A stretch of 62,308 bases of DNA, filler included, from Sphacelaria rigidula (taxonomy: Eukaryota): NCBI GenBank assembly GCA_964200075.2. It is 9 parts of 9 records of this genome, joined end to end, with 100 filler letters (N's around TTAATTAATTAA, not from the genome) between each part and the next. Parts side by side here need not be neighbours in the genome. Positions count along the whole stretch, not along the records: positions 1 to 6,835 come from CAXNAA020017841.1; positions 6,936 to 13,770 come from CAXNAA020017842.1; 7 more parts are not named here. One strand, 5' to 3'. The notes beneath the pieces are model-generated. The model saw only the letters and a list, made by a program, of their open reading frames with translations. It was not told the origin of the DNA and did no database searches. Shown here one piece after another: positions 1 through 11,329 of this stretch (within the stretch, counting starts at the first letter, position 1; every line of letters starts with the position of its first letter). Position numbers and translations under genes: made by a program.

Positions 1-507
1 CTTCTTTGTCAGGGCTTCTCATAATGAGGCGTCTGGCCCGGGGACGGGAGGGGAGGGTTCCAAAAGGGTCAAGAGTTTTATCCATGGTTGCTCCTACAAT
101 GAAGATGTCCAGCTCCTCCCTCGACAGTACACAACATGTTTCCCCGTCACTTGAGACTACACGGCAACGCACTGTCAGTACCATGGCGTAGCAACCTAAA
201 TCACTTCCCTCAGGCCGTGTCATATCAAGTTGTTTTGGTGTCGAAAACGTGCGGTCGAATTGAATTCGCTCGTTTCTGATTCGTCCACGATACTAATTTT
301 TCTCACATGGTTGAGAACATGAATGCCGTGGACGTATCAGGTACGAGCAAATTTGATTCCACCGTACGTTTTCGAGTCAACAACAATTTGAAACGACACG
401 GCCTCACACGCACGTCCATCCATGGGCAAGTCATCCGTACAGGACCGCATTACAATGCAGTACTTCTCCGCACCTCACGCGAAGCACTCCATTCCGCCGG
501 TGGTACC

Positions 508-927
508 TTCCCGTAGTCATACGCCCCCTCAGCCGCCACGCCCTCCCCCCCTGTTGTTATGTTTGCTTCTGGCGTGTTGCTCTGCACGATACCACCACCA
601 ACTCCGTCGGATACCGAAGGCACACCGTCTTGCAGCAAATGCGACAGCGGGTCAGATCCGGCAGGCGGCTGCTGAGGTTGAGGGGGACGAGCGAAGAAAT
701 CCTGGGCACTGGGCAGCGACAGCTGCGGTTGGGAATATTGCGGCGGCAAAGGACGATTTAATGGCTCCGCCGTTATTGGTTGGCGGGTTGCAGGAGGTGA
801 CTGCATCGGAGACTTGGCGTCGAGGGGGTGGGTTGTTGGTTTCTGAAGCGAAGAGCCCGGGGTGGCTGGACGTGACGGTTGTGGGGGTTGATGGGCGAAG
901 CTTCCCGAGTTGATGAATGCCACCGGC
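508..927 (-). CDS. Probable internal exon of an unidentified eukaryotic Pro/Gln/Ser-rich protein
   Basis: Open frame PVAFINSGSFAHQPPQPSRP...GAYDYGK, preceded by a pyrimidine-rich ...ttgcttgtccag acceptor and followed by a GT. No recognisable domain; the donor site is uncertain. Confidence 0.35.
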
Positions 928-3900
928 CTGGACAAGCAACACAATGCGTGTATGAAAATGGAGATATGAAGGAACAGCAGGAATAGGGACATGCACAGTA
1001 GTAGTGCTCATGTCGTCGTCACTTCTTGCACGAGTTGTTCTGTAGTGTACGATATTCCGCCCGCGTTGTGCATCAAGAGCTCATCTGTGATATTGTACAT
1101 GTGCAATGAACATCCATCTCGCTTCATGAAGAGAAAGCAACCTGAGAGATCAAACCGCGGCAATCATGCCCTACACCACTTGTGGTGTGCGCACAGCAAG
1201 GGTTGCAACAGAATTCTCGGGTATACAATGTGTAGTCAGCATAATGTGGGTTTAACGCGGCTATGGTACCGTCAGGAACGGGTAAGAGCAACACCGACCA
1301 TATCAGCTGTTCGTTGTGGCCTATACTTGTGTCGTGCACGGTACCGTGCTTCTTTCACATAGTTCCAACAGCACTGGAATCGTGAAGTGTAAATATATTC
1401 ACATTTCTCACCCGGCAAATGGCGGGGTAGTGATGCTCCTGAGCGGCCCCTCCTGGCTGATCATGGCTGGTGGTTTTTGCTCATTGTCCTTGTCCATGTT
1501 CGATCAGAGCGTCTCAATCAACATTACATCTTGTGGTATCCCACTTGTTCCGCTCAGAGCGCCCATATCAACGAATGCTCTATGGGCTAGTCATTTTCCA
1601 CATCGACACGTTCAGCATACGGACTGTAAAAAGTTTTCAAGGGGTCGAAATCATTAAACGAATAATACACCCCATGCGCGCAAAGTGGCCCATAAATGAG
1701 AAAAAAAAAAAGTATATGTGACAAGAAAACGCCAGAACATACGCAGCTATCTGCCCAGCTCAGCCCGTAGACTCGACTGAACATCTTTTTGTCGGAGTGA
1801 TGCTTGCTTTTGTAATAGCCCGCCAATGCGAGTATCAATCAAGTAAGCCAAGTATCCATTATTTTCCTGCCAGAGAAACTACACCCTTAATATCATGTGT
1901 GCCTATAACCCGTGGAAGATGTGAAGTGATGTTCAATAAAATATCCTAAGCACTCCTCCTATTCAGTACAACGATTAGGCAAGAATGCAGTCGAGTTTAT
2001 CGACTTCGGGTCTGAAATATGAATTGAGTCTAATACAAACACCGGTATGCTTTGACGGCAAACTGAGTCTTTCGCCAGTCCCCTGGGGTGAGACCGCTCG
2101 AGAAGTTCGGGAAAAGATTGACTAAACACCATTTGTTGGATGAAAAAAATATTTGCGTTTCGAAAATTTTACCACGCGAATTGAATTCGATGGGTATATC
2201 TGAGTGCCTATGGTCCCTAACGCCGGTTACCTCCTCGCCCTCTGAAGGAAAGCCCAGCGCCGGCAAGCGGGTCTTTATCCCGGGCCGCGTTTGATTATAA
2301 TGCCTCCTTACAAGTTTTGAGGTGACACTCGTCTCTCTGCCCAGGACAGCACAGTCATCTCTCACCACGGATACATCTACGCGGGTTGGTGTTTTCTACC
2401 GACACTTGTTCAAATCTCTTCATCTACAATAGACCATCAGAGACATGACCAACAACGCGGACAAGGTGAACTCGGAGAGCGCGGATGAGTCTCCTATCGA
2501 AGAGGTGAAGTAGGGCTGAGTGAATTTCTCGTCGGTTTCATCCACAGCGAAAGAGTTGGTGCCGGTCCTTACGGAGCAGGTGGTGGAGATTCTTGCCGCG
2601 ATTCCTTTGTGGACCCAGATCGCGTTTTGTTCCAGCGTTTTTGCTCGCAGCTTGTTGTTCCCACCTGGTATGCCTCGTGCTGAACCATAGCATGCCTTCT
2701 CCCAAGTGATGATTGCGGTCGTTTTGCATGTCCTCTGTCAGTGTTCGGTAGTTTCGTAAGTTTCTGTTCACACCTCGCGTCAGTTGTCGGGGGTGGTTAC
2801 CTTCCAAAAGGCGCGTCGGCTGTTGTTTCTAGATCCACGTGTAGTGAGTCTTACAGATTTCCGTCAGTGCGCGTTGGAATTGACATATCTCAGGACACAT
2901 GTTCTCCACCAAAACAACGACACACCATCTTGACCGTGCTCCGGAATGTCCCACCTCATCTGCCTCATATAACCTGAGTGAAACTCTTTCCACATATTTG
3001 GCACGGATGAGTTGAAGCGGGGCGGAAGTATATTGATGCCCATGCCTGTTGCGGACTACTGTAATCCTCTACTTAGAGAGGGCGCCGTCGGATCAGGCTT
3101 GAGCATTTATGTGCAAGTTACAGGAACGGTTATTTCTCTACACAAGTGTAGATATTCATGTGTATGGTGGAGGGGTCCTTATGGTACTCCCGGAAGATGA
3201 GGATGCCATCGCACAGACTTGTCTTTTCAATGTGCGATTGCCTGCGACTACATGTTTTTTGCTCACCTCAGTCACCCAAAAATGCCGCTGGTGTTTGAGC
3301 GTTTGCATCATTGCTTGTGAAAGCATGTGAGTACTCTGTGCTGCGACTGACACCCCCGTCAAGTAGATTTTGTCCATCATGCGGTAACTGACTGTAAATC
3401 GTCCACGGGGCGAATCTTCCTGGTACCTCAGCGTACCGCGAAATTTCATCTTTGTAACTGGCACCCAATTATTGTCTCCACACTGAAAAAAAATGCTCCT
3501 CCTGACCACGGGCTGGATTGATGCAATCAGCTAATATGAGATACTCGATTAATCAATCAATTAGTAGGAAAGGAAGAACATTCCGATATTTGATATTTGC
3601 GTAGTACTCTGTACTGGGCATGTGATCCGGACGCCTTCTGTGGTCACAGGCTAGCTCCCCAATATAGGGGAAACAAAAATAAAATCACACAGACGTGATA
3701 CCAAAGAAAAACAAGAAACGAACGAAGAATGAAATGAGGGGAAAAAGATGCCGCCACCCCCCCAAGTTCCGATGCCGTATGCGACCATTCGGGCTACTGG
3801 AGGCAGGGCTCATTGGTCCACTCAACATGCGAAACCAAACAGGAAGGGAGCCAAACTCAAGAACCACGATCACCAGCCAAAGCAATGAGAATCGCAGAGT

Positions 3901-4199
3901 TCTATCCTCGTACCACTGTCGTCCCTCCCTTGTCCAAAAAATGAAATTCAACCAACCATCCAACCATTACATTCTCAAACAATCTTCGTGAATTACTTAA
4001 TTTAAATATACTGTTCTCCCCGTTGAACTCGGGGGAGCTACTTCTCACCGGTTTTCGTGGCGTCGCTCTTCTTATTTTTTCTTTANNNNNNNNNTGGGAA
4101 GGCGAGCCTACGTCTGTGACCACGGGTTCGCGAGATCGGACTAATGCGCGGAAATAATAATAATGAAAAACTATATTGTTATATATTATATATTTATAG

Positions 4200-4650
4200 G
4201 GTTGACAAGAACACTGCATTACAAAACACACCACCTCGGGGGGAGGGGTGCGTGAAAGTCAGAAACTATTGTAGCAGGAGTCTGTCGAGAGAAATTTTAC
4301 GGACACGGAGCCCCCCCCCCCCCGCACCTCCGGGAGGGCATTTTTTTCAATTGTCATGGTTTTTTACTTTTTTGTGTGATTTTTTTTGTTGAAAACGTGG
4401 GAAAATACTGATCAACACTGACGACCGAAGAATCTAGCGGGCTTTGCGAGGTTCGTATATTTGCTTCTGCTCCTTGCCCGCACTGTCCAATTAATGTAAT
4501 CATGGTAGGTGACGAGCTTGGGGGGGCGGTATGTCCGCCATCTCAGCAGTCTCCATGCCGAGAATCTCTGTACACGGCAGCTGACCGTATCCGCCAACGG
4601 ATCGACAAAAAAAATGGGGACAGTAGGCTGGGTGTCCCCCCCCCCTCAAA
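4200..4650 (+). repeat. Dispersed non-coding repeat; homologous inverted copy at about 18120-18610
   Basis: catggtaggtgacgagcttggggggcggtatgtccgccatctcagc...tctctgtacacggcagctga and gtctgtcgagagaaa...ggacacggagccccc match the reverse complement of contig 3 sequence. Confidence 0.8.
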
Positions 4651-4774
4651 AACTCGAATTTTCGATCTCGGGCCGTACGCGTCCCGAAATGTATGTTTCA
4701 CAGACCCTTGATTATAGCAGGAAGAAATACTTCAAGGGGAAATGATGAGAGGTCCTGCCACTTCCGCCATGTTC

Positions 4775-6755
4775 AGTTCGGTACACGCTGGTTACGCGTT
4801 CTTTCATCCCCACCCTGCTCCCCTTGAAGCTCCCGTTTAATCGCACCTTGTCGGCTGGTCTCTTCCTCGATTTTGTGACGACAGGCCATGAACTTCTCCG
4901 ATCCCTGCAGCATCCCCCTTCCTTCTTTGCTACTGAAGGCCAGAGAGCATTTCCAACTCCGAGCGTCTGTCGGTTGTCTGTAGAGCCGTTCGTGGCTCCG
5001 AAAGCTTGAAAATCGTCTCGCAGGCACTTCAGCCATTTTTGCTCAGGGTACCCTGGTCATGGATCCTCCTTCCCCCCCCCCACGAGTGTTCAAAATATCA
5101 GTCGCTTCGGTAGTCGTCCGTCTGGCTGTCTAGCTAGGGCTCCCGTAAACAGCAGTCGCCGTTGCTGGACGATGGCTTCAGCACTTTGGCATCCGGTCTT
5201 GAGGGCTGGGCGTGCGATAACTGTCGGTATGTGCCTCGCACTCGGCGGTATCCGATAACTCGCAGGAGGAGTCGGTAGTGTAGATTCTGCAGCAACCAGT
5301 AGTGCTCGCGGCGCGGGGCCCACGTCATGCATCCGTCCAGTAGGGCCTCCATCGCCCCTGCCTTCAGCAATCGGACCTTCAGTCTCCACGATGCTTTCGA
5401 TCGATCAAGAGCTCTGGGGGAAACTTTCTAATGCACGCTCACGCGGCTCTGCTCCGGTTGTTGATTTCTTGTGTGAGGTCGCAATCTTCGGCGAGCCCAC
5501 CCAAGTATCACAACTTCGTGGTTTGTTCGTACTTCTGGCCCGCTGCTTCGATGACCAGTGGTGAAGGTGGTGTTGGTGGCTCCCCCTTCTGTGGCGATGT
5601 TTCCGGTACTCGCAGTACAGTCCTAGTCTTCTTCTCTGACACCGTCAGTCCGGAGGCCCCAAACACGCGTACTAAAACGGTCGTCATCCTCGCCAGGCCG
5701 CCAGGGGATTTTGAGACGACTGCTATGTCATCGGCAAATAGCATTCTCAACACCGCTCTTCGTACGCGTTCCAGAGGTGTTTCCGCCTCACTCACGGTCC
5801 CCTCGTCGGGATGTTACCATGTCCTTGAGGATGATGTCCTCGCTAAATCGCACGAGAAATATCTCGAGCGCCGCATCGGGAACGATATGGAACAGCAGTG
5901 GGGACAACACATACCATTACCGTAGTCCCTGAGTGACCTAGAACTACTCGGAGAGCTCCCCGTCGCTCATGCGCACGCGGGCCTGCATGCCATCGTGGAA
6001 TTGGCGAATAACTGCCATCATCTCGTTCGGAATATCAGCTCGGGCGAGCACTTGCCATAGAAGCTCCCGGTCGACCTAATCGTGGGCCTTTTGGAGGTCG
6101 ACGAAGTACATGTACAATATTTTTCTCCGTCGTCGTCCCAATTCCTGGAGTCGGCGCACCACAAACAATATGATGACGGTGCATCGATCAGGTCGGAAGC
6201 CGCACCGTTCTTCCGGCATTATCCTGTGGACTTCGAAGTAGTCGCCAAGGCGGTCGCGGTTGACCACTATTTTCAAGAGCACCTTCCCTGCGTGCGACAC
6301 CAGTGAGATTCCCTGCTAGTTGCTACAGTTGTAGCGGTCCGATTTCTTGTAGAGCACTTTCATCGTAGCGTATTTCCACTCCTGCGGCACCTCACCTCCG
6401 TTCCACACCTGAACGAGAATGGCATGGAAGCGTTCGGTAACGATGGGCTCGGCTCGGTCGCCGATCTTGAGTAGTGCTGCAGGGAGGGAGTCGTGTCCCG
6501 GTGCTTTCCAGTTTTGCATCCCCCAGGCTGCTTGTATGGTCTTATCCAGCGTTGGTGCTGACTCAAGCGGTACCGAATCTCAGGTAGGTGGTTCTGTCGG
6601 TCGCTGCTTCACTTCCTCGATGATTGGGTCGTGAGCGGTTTGATGTTGAGCAGGGTTCGGAAAAAACTCGTGCATCGCCTCAGGATCTCGATGCTGCTCG
6701 TCAGTAGAATCCCGTTCTAGTCCTTGATAAACTGCTGCCCCCCTGATTGCCTACT
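4775..6755 (-). mobile_element. Degenerate RTE-like non-LTR retrotransposon, reverse transcriptase region (frameshifted)
   Basis: Successive minus-strand fragments: KAPGHDSLPAALLK, VPQEWKYATMKVLYKKSDR, GISLVSHAGKVLLKIV, CGFRPDR, FVDLQKAHD, MLFADDIAVVS, GLTVSEKKT, RRLLFTGALARQPDGRLPKRL. Confidence 0.92.
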
Positions 6756-6835
6756 GTCAAGGAAATGTAATGAGCTACGGAAAGAAAGTAATGAGCGCCA
6801 GAATGTTGGAGTTGTCTCTATTAGGAGTAGGAACG

Positions 6836-6935
6836 NNNNNNNNNNNNNNNNNNNNNNNNNNNNNNNNNNNNNNNNNNNNTTAATTAATTAANNNNNNNNN
6901 NNNNNNNNNNNNNNNNNNNNNNNNNNNNNNNNNNN
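6836..6935. other. Artificial contig linker (44N-TTAATTAATTAA-44N); identical linkers at 13771-13870, 20705-20804, 27639-27738, 34573-34672, 41507-41606, 48441-48540, 55375-55474
   Basis: Eight identical 100-bp spacers with a six-frame stop cassette separate nine segments of 6835/6834 bp. Confidence 0.99.
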
Positions 6936-7025
6936 AATTAAGGAGGAGAGAAAAGGCCAAACTAGAAGTATAGAGTAATGCCTAGTACGTTCCCCCCCCC
7001 CCCCCCCCCGAGGGAGTGCTTCACA

Positions 7026-7654
7026 GGTGGAGATCCCCATGTAGGATGAACAAGGTTGGGATATTCACTCAAGCCCAGAGACGCGGTCAAAGATGAGAAA
7101 GTTACCGGGTTCCATGGGTGCAGTCGAGAACTGGGAGCAGCCGATTCTCAGGGCAGCCGAAACGGGCCTCTATCCCGTATCTTCCAGCAACATAGAAGTG
7201 TGAATGGAGTTCCCCCTTTCATTTCCCGCGGTACCGGATCGATTGCCCTGGTCCGGACTTCATAGGTTATACCCGGTAAAACACCTGGCGAATCTATCAA
7301 GGGGGGGTGTTACAGGGTGGATGGTGACCCTGTACAAAAGATTAAGGCGAACTCCGATCGCGGCACTCCCTTCCTGCAGCCTAATCATGAAAGGGAGAAT
7401 ATGGAAGTATAAATGCGTGGGAACACCTCCCTGTGATCAGAACGATCAGAGACGCAATTCCGAATCAACCCAAAGACGAATCATTATAAATCGTCTCCCG
7501 ATAATTACATTGCACTTGTCCTTTGCTGACCGCTGACGACACCACCTTCCGCCAAGGATCGACCTACATGCTGAGCACGGTGCTTGCGTGCATCATCCCC
7601 ACTGCGATAGGGCTAACACAGGCGAGGTCTAACCGTTACTATAGGATCTCCACC
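7026..7654. mobile_element. Putative solo LTR or short element bounded by an 11-bp inverted repeat
   Basis: GGTGGAGATCC (7026-7036) and GGATCTCCACC (7644-7654) are perfect reverse complements; the start resembles the TGTGGAGATC LTR start at 10561. No clear target-site duplication. Confidence 0.45.
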
Positions 7655-8214
7655 GTAAACTTGCCATTACAGAGTAATGTAGTCACGGCAATTATATAGG
7701 GTCATGGATGCCTTGCGTAGAACGCATGTTCCCAACTAGTAGACTATCCTCCACATCTAACGTGTGCGCAACCCATGCTTGTGTAACAGTTCCACCTGTG
7801 ACGAAGTGGAAGTGGAACAGGAGGGATTCGACAGCAGTGACTTCGACCCAGACTCCCAATGAAAGGCCAACCAGTTGTGGGCTCCCCTGATCACTAATAA
7901 TGGTAGTAGAATCGCTCTTGAGATTGTACCGTCCTCGTTTCTCCCAGCCAAGTCTGGCGACGACTGATAGGACACTGTAATGCGTTAAAGGACCGCGTAC
8001 TTAGGGGATCGCATCCGCATATCAACACCGATATGGTTATGGTTATGGTTAGGTTTAGGATTACGGCTGGGGTTAGAGTCAGAGACGTGGTCCCTGCAGG
8101 GACTGGCCCGATTCGTAAATCGATCCCGAGATGTTTTGAACTACGATGCGGTCCCCCAAGCACGCGGTCCTCCCACGCACTACAACACTGCCACGCAAGC
8201 GGCTATAAAGAAGG

Positions 8215-8870
8215 AAATAAGCTCATCATGCAATTCTATGGTTTGAAGATGGAGTTCGGGGAACACGCTCGGAAGTATCTACTTAGAACTGATCGCCTCG
8301 TTCGAGAACATAAGCGCGTCGGAAGGCCCGTCGACAAAAAATATATCGACGTCGTAGTAATCATATAGGGGCTGACGAGCCAGTACGACGCGGAGACTCA
8401 AACTCTCGAAAGTTCAGCCAACTGGCCCGATCGAGACTGGATCGAACGAACGATCCTCAACCAATAAGATCGTCTCGAGGGAGAAAAGACTGCTGCTGCA
8501 GGCTCACACGCACTGGTAACTACAAACTCGGGTAGCGACATATCTACTTCCTTCTGCGTCCTCTGCTCCAAGCCCGTGTACGACACAATATCTTGCCGCA
8601 AATTTCAAGTGAGAGCCCGCAACCGAGGCGGAGGACGAAGCTCTAACCGCCGGGAGAGCAATACGACAGGGAGGAACAACACTGAAGACCGCAAGACACC
8701 CAACTCGGGATGTTTCTTTCACGAATGGCCACACAAAATTTCCGAGTGTACGAATAGTCCCAAGAATGCAGGCGCGAAAGGCCGTCAGCAAGGCATGATG
8801 GTGACTACGGAATCGACAGGCGCCGTGGGCGACGGACTGGTGGCCAAGGCTTCTGCACTGGGCCGCGGAC
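8215..8870 (+). pseudogene. Degenerate copia-type LTR retrotransposon gag
   Basis: LIMQFYGLKMEFGEHARKYLLRTDRLV...DVVVII*GLTSQYDAETQTLE resembles the UBN2/Retrotran_gag_2 pattern, followed by decayed knuckles CVLCSKPVYDTISC and CFFHEWPHKISEC; in-frame stops present. Confidence 0.65.
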
Positions 8871-9393
8871 TCACGCCCTACGAGCTCCGGTATTGCCAGA
8901 AACCTTCCTTCACCGGGATTCTTTTGTTCGGCACCGCCGGCTACTCACGCCGGCACAATCCGCCACACAAGCTGGCCCCGCGCGGAAAGAAATGCATGAC
9001 TACGTATCGCGAGGAAATTCATCGGCCACCTTCTACGGTTCCTACCGTCACCGGGAGTCTCACGACCTCCACATCGACTGACACCAGTTTACTAGACAAG
9101 TGTGCGGGGCACACTAGATATTTTGAGCCAGGGTAAATAAGGCAACACCTACTCCACCGGTCGAGGCGCTCATGTCGAGCACAAACAAGACGTTGCTCGG
9201 ACGCCAGGGACACCAGGGCTGTTCAAGGAGTGCAGTAGCAGGTGAAACGTATGGGCCATGTGCACAATAAATGCAATGTTATCCACGAGAACGACCACCA
9301 GCTCCCGAGTTTGACCGACTCGACGAGTATTTCCTAGGCAAAACATTACCCCTACCCCAACTTGACCGTCCGGAAGTAACGAAACCAAGAATT

Positions 9394-9582
9394 GAACGTT
9401 ACGTCGTTGACAAGGTGGTGGGCCACAAACGAGGTCCGGGAAGAAAGAGCCATCAAAATTACAAGTACCGTCTCCGTCTTCAAGGCTACGGGCCGTCAGA
9501 AGACTTAGAGTACCGAGCGAACGAGATACCACAATGTCAACAAGTCATAAACGCGTATCGAATGAAACACGAGTTGAAATAA
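9394..9582 (+). CDS. Chromodomain (retrotransposon integrase C-terminus type), remnant
   Basis: ERYVVDKVVGHKRG...YKYRLRLQGYGPSEDLEYRANEIPQCQQVINAY fits the chromodomain pattern Y-V-x-x-V...H...Y-x-x-x-x-x-GY...D. Confidence 0.75.
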   Translation, partial: ERYVVDKVVGHKRGPGRKSHQNYKYRLRLQGYGPSEDLEYRANEIPQCQQVINAYRMKHELK

Positions 9583-9980
9583 TACGCGCTAATTTGACTC
9601 GCCATCTCAAAATTCGGAAAAAAAAAAGAAACATTCAAGGCGAGCTAGAACAAAAATCGGGTCATTCTTACACGACTAACAAATGTCTGGACAAAAAAAA
9701 ACGCACATCAAATCAAATCAAGTTGAACAATACGCGCTAACATGACTCGCCGTCCGCAAAATTCGCGAATATATATATATATATAAGGCGAGCTGAAGTA
9801 ATTGTTCGTGTCAGCCCTACACGACTAACATAACATTCAGACATAAACGCGTCTCAAATCAATTCAAGATTGGATAGTACGCGCTAACTTGACTCGCCGT
9901 CTCAAAACCCGGAGAAAAGAGGCAAAATTATGAGGCGAGCTGAAATACATAAAATCGTGTCATACCTACACGATTAACAA
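9551..9980 (+). repeat. Three tandem ~148-bp units, each containing three short inverted repeats
   Basis: tacgcgctaa recurs at 9583, 9731 and 9878; ctcgcc/ggcgag and tcgtgt/acacga pairs recur in each unit. Confidence 0.9.
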
Positions 9981-11329
9981 TAATATCGAGAGAGATCTCA
10001 CGATCGAATACGGGTCGACGATAAAGAGAGATTTGGTCTTTGAATCGAGCTCATATCGGCATAAAGCGAACTTACAAGCTGACAAGGATTACCGTAAAAG
10101 CTTTTTCACCTCCGAGCAAAATGCTCCGAGGAACGAAGAGCACATTCTTACCACTGCTGTCTCCGATATCAACCTCTCCCTTGTTACCTCATATTATCAC
10201 ACGGCCACCATATAGCTCAACCCCTTTGCAAGTCATGAGCGGACCTCATGGGAACAGACCGTCGGATACGGTGATATGTGCAGATCGTCCAGCTGATCGC
10301 CGAACGAGACTTGCACGAAATTGAAAGAAAAACTATTTATTTTCCCGTTTTTTTACGCGAGCCTGTAGGAGAACGTCGATAAAATGTACTGGTCAGTTTC
10401 TCTCAACACCCAGTACAGAATATTTGACACGTTCGACTACACGCCACTGTAAACGTATCTCAGAAGCACATAAAAATTAGACTCCCAAACATATCATTCT
10501 CCCGAATGCCCGCCATGAGCCTTCACAGATGGACTCGAGGCACAACAAAGGGGGGGGTGATGTGGAGATCGCCATTTGGGCATGTGCGGAGAGATTTCCT
10601 TATATGACGTTTAACCTAGTGAACGGCTGTTACATTAGTAGTACGCAGGAGCCCCGAAAGTCCCATATCTGTACAGCCAGATCTGGGACCTCAAAGCACC
10701 AGGGATCTTCCCAGCAAACTGCTGGCTATCCGTGGGGATGACTTCTAATTCTTCTTCGAGCTAACTCGCTCGTGCATGTCGAGCTTTCCCGAGTGATCTA
10801 CTTGCCTGCACCCCACGACTTACGGCCAATCCTTGACTACATAACACTAGGAAAATCATTGGCCACCTTCGTCGGTTCATACCGTCACCGGGAGTCTCAC
10901 GACCTAAACAGAACGGCTAGTTCATGTTATAACTGGATAATGGCGTCGATACTACAACAAAGTGGTTGTTGACTACACACCGAATTCAAAACTTTGAATC
11001 CCACACTGAAGTTGGATTATATGCTGGGAAGCAGTAACGCATACAAAGTGTCATAACTCAGCTTAGGGCGCATTTCATAACCCTAACGCTAAGCCTAACC
11101 CTCCCCCCAACGAAGGCATACGAATCACCCTCGGGCAAGGAGGCGACAAGGTGTTTCCTGAGCAAATTATGCGTTGCCAGCCCTCAAATTGGCGCCGCAG
11201 GCAGTGATATTAACACAAACGCGTTCGGCGCACGCGAGGAACACGCTGGGAGCACAGGCTCCCTTGGAGATCCGACTTTCAGTGTCTACAGTAAAACCAA
11301 GTTGGACCAACAAACCTCTACCAAGTGGT

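Larger units (their letters stand above)
8996..10910 (+). mobile_element. Internally deleted chromovirus-like LTR element: end of upstream LTR (to 9073), chromodomain, tandem repeats, polypurine tract, downstream LTR 10561-10910
   Basis: Direct repeat ggccacctt...ccgtcaccgggagtctcacgacct at about 9024-9073 and 10861-10910; purine run aaaggggggggtga immediately before TGTGGAGATC (10561); both copies end in CA, and gacctccaca at 9064-9073 is nearly complementary to the LTR start. Confidence 0.7.
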
